Positions 1-12,399 of a stretch of 64,000 nt of DNA are shown piece after piece (position 1 is the first letter of the stretch; each line of letters starts with the position of its first letter). The stretch covers positions 62,001 to 126,000 of the forward strand of contig JAKMXF010000352.1 of the NCBI GenBank assembly GCA_024704765.1, in the 5' to 3' direction. A program made the position numbers and the translations under genes. The notes below the pieces were generated by a model. It saw only the letters and a list, made by a program, of their open reading frames with translations, was not told the DNA's origin and ran no database searches. Source of the DNA: Oopsacas minuta. Taxonomy: Eukaryota; Animalia; Porifera.

Positions 1-449
1 GGCTACTTTGAGAAACCTTGATTTTTGTGTTTCATCCTGTTGAAGTTACTCATCTAGAAATAACTATTGTTCAAAAGTAAAACTATCAAATATCATTATG
101 TGCTGTATTTCTAGGTTTTGAAGTATGCTGAATAAGGTAGGATTAATTAGATATCAAAATATCACTGTCAAATATTTCGTAATTTCCACCTGTTGTGCCA
201 TTGTGGAAGTCGAAGTGGTGATTTTGAGAAATCTCTTCTCTAAGTGCGTATGGGTTATCGCTACATCGAATAACTGGAGGTGCTTTTGGATTTGGCTTGT
301 GCTATTAGTTTGCACTTTGGATTGTAAAGTTCCCATGGTGGTAACCTTGTAATGATTGGAGCAGTGCGAAACATTTTAAGCTGCTGATCCACAAGAACTT
401 ACAGGCGATGTACGTAGTTAGATTATTTGGGCTACACTTTGTAAACACA

Positions 450-1753
450 CCGAGTGTTCAGTAAGTTCGAGTAAAAGTATGCTTACAGTACAGATAGATA
501 TAAAAATACTATTTCAAATGTTCATAATACTCCCCATTAGCATCAATACACCTTTGACACCGTTCTAACCACATGTCAAATAGTCTTGAGTAGCGACTTT
601 CTGGTATGAGGTCAATTGCATCAAAAAATGCGGCGCTCAGCTCTGTTTCCGAATCAAAACGTCTACCTTTTAGATGATGTTTTATAATAGGAAACAGCCA
701 GAAGTCACAGGGGGCTAGATCTGGGCTATAGGGTGCATGATAGATCAATTCTAGCCCCGATTGTTTGATATAGTCCTTAGTTTTTCGTGCAATGTGAACT
801 GGAGCATTGTCATGGTGAAATTTCATTCCGCGGAGACCAGTCTTTGGACACAACCTCTCGACAGCTTGGAACACTTGCGGAAGACAATTTTCAGTGTACC
901 AAGTTACAGTAACAGTGTGCTCCTCAGGAAGCATCACATATTCTATTATCCCTCTTGTAGAGAAGAAAACAGCAAACATTCGCTTGCTGACCACCCTAGT
1001 TTGCTTAGGAATTGTGTCCGGTTGCTCGTCTTCAAAGATCCATTTTGAGTTCTGCTGCTTTGATTGAATGTCGTAATAATAGATCCATTTCTCGTCACAA
1101 GTTATGACTTCTGACCAGCGTCGCGAATCTCTTTTGGAATACTTTAGCAGCATAAAACGACAAAATTCTATTCGACGATTTTTTTGCTCAAAATTTATTA
1201 AATGGGGGACCAACTTAGACCAAACCCTCTTTAGCCCAAGGTGTTGGTGTAAGATGGTTTCTATTGTTCCCGATGAGACCGAAACTTCGAAAGCTAACTG
1301 TGTGACAGTGATTTGCCTATCCTCAGTTACTAGCTTCGATACTTTGTCGATATTCTCCTCGGTGACCGCCGTAATTGGACGTCCTGAACGTGACTCGGCG
1401 TCAAGGGATGTGTGGCCTAAACGGAATTGACGATACCACTTGTAAATGTTGGATTGGGTTGGACTTTGACCCCCAAAGATAGAAAACATCTCACAACTGC
1501 AATCTGCAACGTTTAATCCACGTTTGAAATTGTAGAAAATGATGTCACGGAAATCTCTCTTTTTCAAATTTTCCATAATATTAAAATATTGAAAGTGAAG
1601 ACTATAAAATTGGCTACAAAAAATCGAGTATAGTACTTATAATCCTAAAATTTGGTTAGAAAGTATAGATTCACTAGGTATGTATGTGGTTACGTTAAGT
1701 TAGCTCTACTGTAAGTGCTTTGTATAGTTTACTCGAACTTATTGAACACTCGG
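450..1753 (-). mobile_element. mariner (DD34D) DNA transposon, full length, 1304 bp
   Basis: TIRs CCGAGTGTTCAGTAAGTTCGAGTAAA (450-475) and TTTACTCGAACTTATTGAACACTCGG (1728-1753), 1 mismatch. They enclose an intact transposase. Flanks are CA and TC rather than TA/TA. Confidence 0.93.
509..1576 (-). CDS. mariner transposase, 355 aa, intact
   Basis: N-terminal HTH, LVPH (WVPH-like) linker, TCDEKW, HHDNAPVH and YSPDLAPCDF. There are 34 residues between the 2nd and 3rd Asp (DD34D). Confidence 0.97.
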   Translation of the reverse strand: MENLKKRDFRDIIFYNFKRGLNVADCSCEMFSIFGGQSPTQSNIYKWYRQFRLGHTSLDAESRSGRPITAVTEENIDKVSKLVTEDRQITVTQLAFEVSVSSGTIETILHQHLGLKRVWSKLVPHLINFEQKNRRIEFCRFMLLKYSKRDSRRWSEVITCDEKWIYYYDIQSKQQNSKWIFEDEQPDTIPKQTRVVSKRMFAVFFSTRGIIEYVMLPEEHTVTVTWYTENCLPQVFQAVERLCPKTGLRGMKFHHDNAPVHIARKTKDYIKQSGLELIYHAPYSPDLAPCDFWLFPIIKHHLKGRRFDSETELSAAFFDAIDLIPESRYSRLFDMWLERCQRCIDANGEYYEHLK

Positions 1754-4589
1754 TCGATCTGTCTTGAGCTATACATATCCTGGTCAAGTAGCATTGGTTT
1801 TGTATATACATCAAGTCTGTATATCAAGAAGTGATCTGCGAATGCGAAAGGTTGCTGTTATGATTGTTGATGAGGATCGCAACAATAAAGAGGAGCACAC
1901 AAACACCTCAATTTGTTGATTTGACATTTGAAAGATAATAAGAATACAGACATCCTCCTAGTATGCCTGGTATATTGTTTTTTTTATTAGATAATTTGTT
2001 CACTAAAATAATGATGCTATTTTAGGGGCTGATAGGATGAGTAAAGAGAGCATAAATACTGTAGCAACAAGTAACACGTATGTTATTTATTATTTATGCA
2101 AGGAATGATAGATGTGGTTTAAAGGTGTAATAACAGTGGTGACATACGTAGCTTACGTAATTGAGTTACTTCAGAGAAATAGAAGGATGCAATAAAACTC
2201 ACCAATGAGTCGCACTAATTGATTCCTCAAAAACCCTCCAGAGGACACAAAATGATTGAACTTACTCTTAAACATCAACAAGAATTCTATTTAGAAGGAA
2301 CTATGGAGCTGTTCAAGTGGGAGGTGTTAAATATAGTTTTACAGTCCCAATCTTTTTGTTACAAAATGGTATAAAGAGCGACACAGGGGAAGTGTGTGTA
2401 ATTTTCGGGACAATGTGTTACGTAGCGTTTGAAAGGCCCTCATGAAGTATAAATTATAAACTGTGGCAAACATAATTTGAAGGAATCCAAGTATAGACCG
2501 TCTCCTTGTTATCGAACTTACTTGAATATTCTGCCAAAAAGTATCCATGATAAAACCATGTAACTATAAAGCATACATCCTTGTATATCACATCTCAGCT
2601 TATGCATTTCTAGGAAACAGGAGAGGGGACAGAATTCTTATACGTTTATAGTTGGGCATTGCATATCTACCAATCATCTGCCATCAAGCCATTGGACTTA
2701 TAACTCATTGGAAATATTACTATATCCAAGGAAAATATTGGAGTTTTGGGGTCGAGTGAGTTCGTGTGATTGGTAGGGATAAGAAATTTAATCCTATTAA
2801 TCTCTATGGAGAGAACAAAATTATTGGTAGTGCCATCGCATATAGTTTCACCAACCCTACTGTTATCTACGCCTATGAGGCGTACTATGGTTGCTGATGG
2901 TAGTCCCGGGGTCTCAGCTACCCCTAGTAACCCTCTAGCAACGCTTGCCATAGGCGGACGCATAGAGGGGGTCGGACCCCCTTTTTTTCAATTTTTGCTC
3001 TAAAGACTATTATATTGTTTTAGAGTTGATAAATAGCGAATCTATCTTTCATCCTTTTGGTTACACGAATATAATTAATAATACATAGTTTCTCATTTTA
3101 TATTCACCTAAATATTGATTAGTCACCCACAGTCATTTGGACATACTTATGTATTTATGTATTATAACCCCCAACTAATTTGTTATTTGTATCAATCATT
3201 AGCACGTTGCTATATAAAGAGAACTGTTCCTCCTTTGCCCAGAACACTTATGGAGTTCGACATAACAAAGCGGATAAGGATTAGCAACATAAATGACTCA
3301 GAAGAGTATGATACAATCGAACCTTCTTCATTTCATTTCGATCATTTACAAGTTCCTGATACTCTTAATACTCAGTAGAATGTCCCAGTAATTCATCAGC
3401 TACAATAACTGAATTCCAAGTCTTATTACGAGATGAAACAAATTTAGCCCCTCAAGATCCAGGGAATATTAGTAAAACTCCATAGGACATCCGTCAAGTT
3501 GGTAATTTAGCTATTTTATTGTCAAAGGCTTTGGCTAGTGCTTGAGCTAGGCCCACTATCGGAAGATTCGTACATATAGGAATACTGAATATACAGGGCA
3601 CTCCAATTTTAGAATCTTACCAACATTCCATTTAATGTATTATTGTAACAACAGTGGGCCGTGCTCTATGATCCGGGAAATCACTTCATATTCTAGGTGC
3701 AACGAAAAACACTACTACACCAGAAGGAGGATATTCTGTCCCATCGAGCATCAGATTCCGGTATGGCTGCAATTCATGAATAGTTGTATGAATTTCTATG
3801 AAAAGTTGGTTTCAAAATCATAATCTTCGGTAGAAATAAGCCTAAATCATGCGAATATTTTGACCGATTCCAATGGTACATGTACAATTTGGCTTCATTC
3901 ACAGGACAAATGAAGTTGTAAAAATTGATTATTTGCATGTGAAATAATCTCCAACGTAAATTATATTGATATTGAGATTGAATAGAGGATGATAGTTTTC
4001 TAGGCGAAGAGTGAAATGTACAACTATTTGATACACCAAGAATCTTTCACAGGTGAAATCAAACAAGTGGAGCCGCATTCTAGTGATTTTCGACTCCTCT
4101 GTTTTGCCAAAAAGCATTTCCTCATAGATAGTACCCTCATTCATAAATCAGACAAATAGCAATAGAAGAACTTAATTATTAGGGCGTAGATTCATACACC
4201 CGAAGAGAAAATTGTGTCTTTTAAGCATTCTTATGAGCTGTTCCTCCAAATAGGAAGCTCAATTAGAATCTAAATCCCTGGATCTATCTCACACTCTGAT
4301 ATCGACAAAGCAATGAGATAACTCAAATGTTATCTTAGCCGTATGATATGATCCTACTTTTGATCCTATATTTAAGGTGTATTGTAATTATAAGGTTATC
4401 AATAATTATAAGTTGAATAGATTGATAAGACAATTATAGCTTGGTTCAGCTAATTCAACATTATGTCTTGTTCAATCGTCTAGCATTATTATACTAAAGT
4501 CTATTCACATTATTGATTTAGATAACGTAAATTGGAGAGAGAGATCTTCTGACCACTGCAAAGCAAGGTAGTGCTCTTAAGAAATATTT

Positions 4590-5300
4590 TTATGATTTGA
4601 GTCTTCCCTCAGTACTCGCTAGAATGACTACCTGTGATGGCTTTTCTTGTGTTACGCTAAATTTTATGACTTATTGTAATCAATCTAAAAGCACCAGTGC
4701 GTTGTATGACATAAGTGGAACCAATGAAGATGAAATTAGTACTGAAGGCGAAGAAAGTATCCTAAGCCTAACAGATCTAGAAAACTCAATCGAGTATATT
4801 TATGATTTAATTGATTTAGAACGCAGAGTTAGTAAATAAGTCAAGTTGCTAAGCGCTCACCTCTCAAAAAGTAACAGTATAAAATATGTCATAGAGAATT
4901 ATCCTAATGATTAAATTTGATCATCGATGCAAATCCGAAGGAGTTCGCTCATAGTAATGTTAGAGAGAATAATACATATTAAGTTTCATAATGCTCGGTT
5001 ATACCTTGGGGTCCAGATATACCTTAGTGATATAGAATTCTGCTAAATTGAATCTATTACTGGGCTCTAAGTCCGATGAAGATAGTAATTAAGGCCAATG
5101 TAGGCGACATTCTAATCTACAAATAGCCGAAGCAACGATAACATTTTGTTGAATGAACTCAAGAAATCTCCTTCAAATTATAATAATCTCATCTTAGAAG
5201 CAATCGATCAGCTTAGTATTAAATAATGCTAGATAGATGTATCTGTGATTACTCAATATAGACATAATCCTGAAGCAACTAAAGAAAAAGGTAGAGGTCA
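4590..5300 (+). pseudogene. decayed hAT-like transposase relic
   Basis: Manual translation across frameshifts gives LSLPSVLARMTTCDG, LIDLERRVSK*VKLL, ID-CKSR-SSLIVMLERI (hAT 'DxxTRWxS' motif) and CRRHSNLQIAEATITF. Confidence 0.55.
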
Positions 5301-8111
5301 AAAATATTGCTGCGAAATATTATCGAGGATGGAAGAAAATGAGAAAGAATTCTCTCTGATGAAATAGAACTCACAAATGCGACAGAAAACAGTGTGAATT
5401 TTTCAATCAAAAGATTTATCAATTGTGAGTAAACTTCAAATAGCCGCATAAATGTCTTTAGGAAAGCTCAAAATATAACAAATAATTTGGCATATGAACT
5501 ATCAGATGGAGAACAGGGAGGGAAAAGAGGCATCTTGTTAGAGAACATATACCACTTGATGTACATTGTCCTACCAACATCAGTAGATGCTTAATGAGTG
5601 TTTTCATCAGCTGCTTACCTTTGTAAACAGTTAAGGACCAAACTTAATGATGAGATTATAGATACTCTATGTTTTATTCGAAACAAAGAGGAAAATATAA
5701 CGATCAGTATATAAATATCACTAAAAAATTAGCAACAGTAAATAATAGTATCTTACTTCATCTTGTCTGTTAATCATTTGCTACTAATCATAATTATGCT
5801 ACTCAACGGTCACATGACAAATCTATTCCCTGAACACATTTATAGGACCATACAAATTCTTCAATCAATGCCTGGATTGAATGCGATAAATCCTGAAATC
5901 CGAGGATTAGGACCCCTACCTCCAAATCTAGATACCAATTCACAAATTCTTCTTTTGACTATATAATTGTTTATAGGTATTTTCTGAATAACGTTTCTTG
6001 GAGTTTGGTGCATTACTATAGTATAATTAACCTCCCTCAGAACAGGAACAAATAGTGTCTCACCTATATGTGGATATAGGGTTTGAGCAATGAAGTGGAC
6101 ATCTTGTAAGAAGCAAACTATCCATCCTCCGAATTTGATTACTTTTAACAATTGTATTTTAAGCGTGTTTCTACCTTTTGAAATATCTCACGGAGACTTT
6201 TAAGAAAGTTAATGAGGAATCGCTTTTGTCATGATGCTTCCTTTGAACGTGATCTTGCATCTTGGATAATTATATAGCTTCATTAGAGAATTACTGAGAA
6301 CACAAGAGACGAAGTGTGCAACTGTTCATGTTGTGGACCAGTGACAAAATCGTAGAATAAATAATCGACAGAATATTAAAGACATTGTAACCACTTTGGA
6401 CTTTCAAAATTCACATGAATAACCATTAGCTCATTGCACTGGCAATTAAGTCTATTATCAATGATGAAAATGGACTTCATTACAATTTCAACAAGCCTAA
6501 TTTGAGGAATTCGAGTTTCAAATTATTATTGGTCGGAACAAGCGCGCCTCTACAGAATATTTTTTGGATTTTTCACTCTCCAATTATTGAAGTGAAGATA
6601 TTCATCCGAGTTGCAACTACAAACCCAAATATTTACCCCCTCGTGTTTTCTGATAGTGGGAATAGATATGCAACTCTGTATACAATTTGTAGTCTGATAT
6701 AATATGAGACGCTGTCCAAATGAAAATTTATTAGGGCAGTTTCTTATAATTCTTTCATGATTTGTAACGTATCAGCAGATATTAGTCAATCAAATGACAG
6801 AGGCCAAAGTAGATATGAGAACGGAACAGATTACAACAAGATATTTAGATGTTAATTATCTGAATTCGAATTATGCAATATCACAATGTCTGATAGATTG
6901 TAATTCTCAAACAGCAAGGGTAGGTCAAAAGTGGCCTTCATGTACTGTAACAATAAACATAAACGTTAGGCCCCTCAGGGCTCTCATTCAAATAGAAGAA
7001 GTGCAATTGGAGCACACTCTAAACTTTTCCCCGAAAGTTATGATTCATTTTTTGGGGAGCGGAAGACCTCCTAAAGTGATATTCCGCACCTATTTAACAG
7101 AACATTTCCTTCATTACTCTAATGAAGCAGAAATATAATGGACCAATTCTTCCTTATCCTTAATTCTTATGAATAATATAGGGTTAATCTTAATAGTCAC
7201 AATTGTTATGATGAAATATTTGATATGGGAGTAACATGTATGTAGTACTAATCTTTGAGTACAATTAATAGTTAATGGAATATGAATTTGATAAATAACA
7301 ACAACTAGGTATATAATACTCTCAGCAAATATAGCGTTGGAATGAAATACAAATTTGCAGAAATATCGGTTAGAAAATATAATCATTTGTAAAACAAATT
7401 GATGAAATCCAACAAAACGCTGTGCAATAGTCTGTGTGCCTCGAATCTAGCCTATGTATGAAAATAAGTAAATATCTTAGTGCTTTTGGTACCGCGATCA
7501 GATATACTCTGTAGTCGGCACTACGTGACTCGAATTCCGAAATAATTCTCAATATGAAATCACATAATAGGATTGGTCAGTTCACAAACTTCCTGAAGAA
7601 AATATGTCAGTATTGAACCTCTGTGGATAGTCATTCAATGCATGTATTGTCGAAATTCACACTATGAGATGTAAGGATATTTCCATACAAATTACGAATT
7701 AATGGTCATATGACAAAGTTCGCACATTCAAGGGAAAATTTAGTTGGCCATTCAGTAATATTGTTAGATGCTAAAGTAAATTTGGTGGACATTTCATTAG
7801 AAGAATTATTAGACATTTCATCAATGTTGATAGTGTGATAATAATTGGTACTGGATAAATCTACCTAAATAATACAATAATGAAAAATACAAAATAACAC
7901 CGTGATTAGGTAGTACGAACTGTAGCTGAGAATGAAAAAGACAAATACCAAACTTATCAGGACGTATAGTATAGTTATAGTAGAGAGCTCTGAGTTTGTG
8001 AAGAATTAAATAATGGATGGTTAGAAGAAATATTAAGTAATATATAAATAGATGAATAAAATGTATAATTCTACTCCTAAATAAACAAAGACTTAAGAAA
8101 TGGAAATATAA

Positions 8112-8359
8112 CAAGGTTGCAGCCGAGTAGTTTGACATTCGGTTCAAACAAATACTATTTGGCAAATAGTTCAATATTCTGAGACCAACCGAATATCAGT
8201 ATTCGCTATTCGGTTGCCCCAAACCGAATACTATCAGTAGCATTTGGTTGATTACACCGAACTTTATCAGTATTCAGTTGGGCAACCCGAATAATATCAG
8301 TATTCGGTTAGACCACTATCCATGAATACTGATATTCGATTCGAGCGGTTTCACCCTTG
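8112..8359. mobile_element. short non-autonomous element (hAT-like MITE) with an array of palindromic CCGAATA/TATTCGG units
   Basis: Imperfect terminal IRs CAAGGTTGCAGCCG and CGGTTTCACCCTTG. Four internal AACCGAATA..TCAGTA..TTCGGTT hairpin units lie at about 8186-8315. The TSD is only partly similar (AAATATAA vs AAAATAAC). Confidence 0.5.
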
Positions 8360-8564
8360 AAAATAACTAAATAATAAACCTTAGGACTAGTTGTCACGGG
8401 AAGAAAGAGGCAACTGAGATAGTATCGATATCAACATCAGCACAATAGCAATGCACCGAATAAAAGCAGACGTCACAACAAACAAAATCCAATTGAAATT
8501 TCCCGACTATTTCCACATTACTAAAAGTCGTGGATCTCTAGGGTGACATATGCTGCATAAGATA

Positions 8565-9936
8565 CAGTGTGTTCGGAAATTATTGGGACTGATTATAAAT
8601 GTATTCTACTATGAATTCATGACTCGTAGAGATTTCTCGTTTTAACACTAAGTTAAAATACATATAGTTGAAGAAAAACTAGCATTATTATCACATTCTA
8701 TCAATAATTAATTTTTTTCCCAGCATTGTCTAAACACAGTCTAATTCTTTTGGGCATTGAAGTGCAAAAGGGACGGAGAAAGTCTGGATCAAATGTTGCC
8801 CATATGTCCTGAATTGCCTGTTTTAGTTGGCTTACAGTTTTAGGATGAAGTACAATCAACCTCCTTTTCAAAACTGCCCACAGATTCTCAATGGGCGCTA
8901 GGTCTGGACTATTTGGCGGCCAATCAATTCTAAGGGGGACGAACTCCGTCTTCCACCCCTTAGCTGCGCTGCCAGTGTGCACAGGACTGTTATCCTCCTG
9001 TAAAACCCAGCTATCTCCGTATTTTGCGTTAGCCTCCTCAATAAGACACTCGCGAAGAGTGGAAATATACACCACCTGATTGAAATTTTCTGTGAAAATC
9101 CTCAGATGTGTAGTCCTCATTATCGAAATTCCACCCCAAAGATGAACTTTAGATGGATGCCTGAAGGTTGGCAGATGAACCGTTTGTCCCTTTTTAATCC
9201 ACATGTTGACTCTTCCAGAGTCAAGCCAAACTGAACATTCATCCGTAAAGAAGGTCTTACTCCAATCAAAACACTTCATTTCTTTACACCAGGCGATTCT
9301 TTTGGAAATATGGAGGTCGGTGAGTGCTGGAACTCGGACAGCCCGCTTGCTGACAAAGTTTTGCCTCTTTACCTGAGCATGAAGAGTACTTATGGATACA
9401 GGAGAGCTCAATCTCGGTAGTATAGAGCGTAGAGAGGTCCTCGGATTGCTTTGATACAAAGCAGCTATCCTTCTTTTGTCATTTGCCTTGATTTTTGAAG
9501 GCCGACCAGCACCCCTTTTGTGCTGAAGGCTTTTTTTATCTTTTATCTGATTCAAGACACGATATACAGTCTGCTTAGGTATACTTGTTCGCTGGCAGAT
9601 ATCCACTCCTTTGGTAATTCCTGCATTGTATAGTGTCTCTATTTGATTTCTGCGCTGTTGTTGGGTAGAGTGCTTGTACATTGTACAAAATATGCGGTCT
9701 TAGATGACGGAAATGGGGTCTCGAAATATATATAGGTATATTTGCTTGGGAATCACAATATTTCAGCCAAACAAACGAAATATTATGTGAAATAGCGAAT
9801 CTATTGGTTTTCTAACAATTATAGGAAGTGTATATATACAGTAAGGTAAATGGTTGTATAATATGTGCATAACCTGATATCCTTCATGGTGATTCAAGTT
9901 AATCATGAAAAGTCCCAATAATTTCCGAACATACTG
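8565..9936 (-). mobile_element. Tc1 (DD34E) DNA transposon, full length, 1372 bp
   Basis: 26-bp TIRs CAGTGTGTTCGGAAATTATTGGGACT / AGTCCCAATAATTTCCGAACATACTG (1 mismatch). TA is present on both flanks (8563-8564, 9937-9938). Confidence 0.97.
8701..9681 (-). CDS. Tc1-family transposase, 326 aa, intact
   Basis: Paired-like HTH with a GRP motif, then FFTDEC, QEDNSPVH and WPPNSPDLAPIENLW; DD34E spacing. Confidence 0.97.
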   Translation of the reverse strand: MYKHSTQQQRRNQIETLYNAGITKGVDICQRTSIPKQTVYRVLNQIKDKKSLQHKRGAGRPSKIKANDKRRIAALYQSNPRTSLRSILPRLSSPVSISTLHAQVKRQNFVSKRAVRVPALTDLHISKRIAWCKEMKCFDWSKTFFTDECSVWLDSGRVNMWIKKGQTVHLPTFRHPSKVHLWGGISIMRTTHLRIFTENFNQVVYISTLRECLIEEANAKYGDSWVLQEDNSPVHTGSAAKGWKTEFVPLRIDWPPNSPDLAPIENLWAVLKRRLIVLHPKTVSQLKQAIQDIWATFDPDFLRPFCTSMPKRIRLCLDNAGKKINY

Positions 9937-9990
9937 TATATGGCTCATCAGAACTGCTTAATCAATCACTAGATGACTGAGAGCAAGGAA

Positions 9991-11150
9991 CTATAGAGGG
10001 GGATAGTTTTGAGCTGATAATCTACCTGAAAGGAAAAAGTGCGGACAGGGCCCGAGGAAGGCTTCATCTACAGGGAGAGGACGTAAGGGGCAAGAGGAGA
10101 ATATATAAACGCAAAACCTCCTCCTACCGCCTGGTTGAATGAAATAACAGCGATATGGGTGATAATCCAATAGTTTGATGTGATACGTACTTGCCAATGT
10201 GACAAAGAGTCCATATAATGTCAGATGTACAAAAGTTTGTTTCTTTGCACTTTGGTTTATCTTCTTAAGACCCTTGACTACATACATTCTACACTCTTCT
10301 TTTCGTACCCGAATTATCAGGTATGCATCTAGTTTTGTCAATTGCTGGAAACATTTGGAATCTCCGAGAGCGACAATCATTGAATCTATCAAACCATTAT
10401 TTGCTAAGGAGTACCCCGAAATTCTCCAGGTTGGTTTTGATTTCATACTTTGCGAACATACGGTATAGTTTCTATTACAGTTTGACTTATGAAAGTCTAC
10501 CAGCTCTCATACTCGGGCGCTCTATCTTGCTGTTTCTGCTCTGAACAAACAGAGCACATCTTGCAAAGTCGACTCATGATCTTGTAGTCCAGTACCTTCT
10601 TGCTGTCAGTGGAGATAACAGACCAAAAGCCATGTTTGAATAGAAACCTCCTGTTTTTCCATGAGCTATCAATGCTTGGTTTACAGTTAACCCTTTCGTG
10701 AAGCTGTTAGCGGAATAAGACATGGTAGTTACTACTGCAGCATTGGTAACAACCTCAAGACGGTTTAGATAAGAAGACGACATCCCCTGAACTGGTGGAG
10801 GACTATCAAATATTGTAGACATATGTGGAAATCACACCATGATATACCACTTGAGTGTATAGCCATTACTGATCTCATCGTAACTTTATTCCTATTTTCT
10901 GGTATAAACGGTAGGTTGACGCCGTTAAGGTTACTAGGTATGTCGAGAGAGGGCGAGGAAAGGAAAGCAGCATGTTCTTTATTACAGCCATCAAATATAA
11001 ATCTAAAGGTCTGTCAGCCATGAATGCAATTCTCTTGGTAAGGATATGACTACAAATGAATTCACTGGATCTAAATGTAGAGATCACCTCCACAAGGATA
11101 CTGACATCTAGGATCCTCATACCAGTTGGATTGTGTGCAATATTCTCTAA
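9991..11150 (-). pseudogene. decayed Mutator-like-domain (PF20700-type) DDE transposase
   Basis: Pieces joined across frameshifts: GMRILDVSILVEV, DSPPPVQ, SIDSSWKNRR..HG..SVISTDSKKVLDYKIMSRLCKMC, HKSNCNRNY..SQSMKS and ALGDSKCF..VRKEECRMYVVKG. These match the xDGxWxKRG / GDGDSK / KEECxxHVxKR motif series of this metazoan family. The superfamily label is uncertain. Confidence 0.7.
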
Positions 11151-12399
11151 TTCTCCTTAAGGTAAACTTAATGTTAAAGGCATAAAAAGACTGAAGGTTG
11201 AATGCGAAATTCAACAATGTAGCCCCTACATGGGAGGACCTTTAAAATTTTGTCACTTCTTGATCTGTGCACCTTCGAGTAAAGTTTTTTTATTTTCTAA
11301 GGAGCCATAAAAATGGAAAGTAAATACAAATATAGAAAAGAAAGATCAAGATTGCTGAGAAATGAATCCAACTTTTCAAACTCGTTTCATTCGGGTTATA
11401 ATAGGATTTTGTTGGTCCGTCTGATTCCTCATATTGGGAAAATCCTCATATGGGGATTCGTAAATGTATATGGTGTTCGCACTTGGAAAATATTCTTACA
11501 GCCATTCCATCCCATCCAGGGTGCTATCCAGGTATATGCTGCGCGCTTACAGGCGCATAAATTTGTGCAAATGTATCTCGAGGCCAACGAATATACTATT
11601 TCTCTATGCGTAGAAACTCCTATATCATAATTTCAAATGTATGGTCTCAGCTATGAAATGAGTTAGAATTCATTTCTAGGTGTATGGTCCTGAGAACCTG
11701 GATGAAAATCTGCTGCCATGGGGATGGATTTCCACCGAAATCCTGATCAACTGATATCCTGGAATCTCTAGGCCTTAATTTCGGTGGTACATAATTTCCG
11801 GTACATCCCGCATAATTGACCCCTCCTAAATTATGTACAAAACAATATTCCACGAAATGTTACCTTATTATACGATATTTTACAGCACGAACCATGGAGG
11901 AATGTAGAACAAAGTCGCTTGTCAGCCATTCGGCTCAGGAAATCGCAGAATATTCCTCACATAGATGGTTCACCTATATGGTAGGTATTATAGGGATGCA
12001 AAGAATTCGGTCGTACAATAGAATTATACTAGAGACGATTATACTTGCAGATGTTCTGTCTACGCACATGTGTCATTAGTAAATTAATAGATCTGGGTTG
12101 TTAGTCAATGCGAACTTGAGAATAGTTTGAAATTCTGAAGTCATCAACTACTGGGGAACCTGGTCCATAAAAATGAGACACAAATTTGACAAATTTGGAC
12201 ATGAAACTCAAAGCATATATCATAACTAGGCCTATGGCATTAATATCATTCTATCCAATGATTTCTGAAATATTTATCATTTCTAATTGTTGTTTCATTA
12301 CATGTCTCTCGGAAACAATAGTAATCCATTTATGTTTTTTCCTGTATACATAAATAGAGAGTTTGAATTCTTCCAAGAATTTCGTGTATAAAGACGAGG

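Noticed and set aside
6794-7138. Retroviral-type aspartic protease (ININVRPLRALI)
   Set aside because: The catalytic D-[ST]-G motif is absent and no gag, RT or integrase relic is recognisable nearby.
8186-8315. CRISPR-like array of palindromic repeats
   Set aside because: Linkers are only about 5-7 nt, units are degenerate, there are no cas genes and the context is eukaryotic; it fits transposon subterminal repeats.
10200-10446. Ty3/gypsy reverse transcriptase (LIDSMIV..KLDAYLIIRVRKEE)
   Set aside because: There is no YxDD motif. Flanking frames give DxSWxxR / GDSK / KEEC motifs in the order expected for a Mutator-like-domain DDE transposase.
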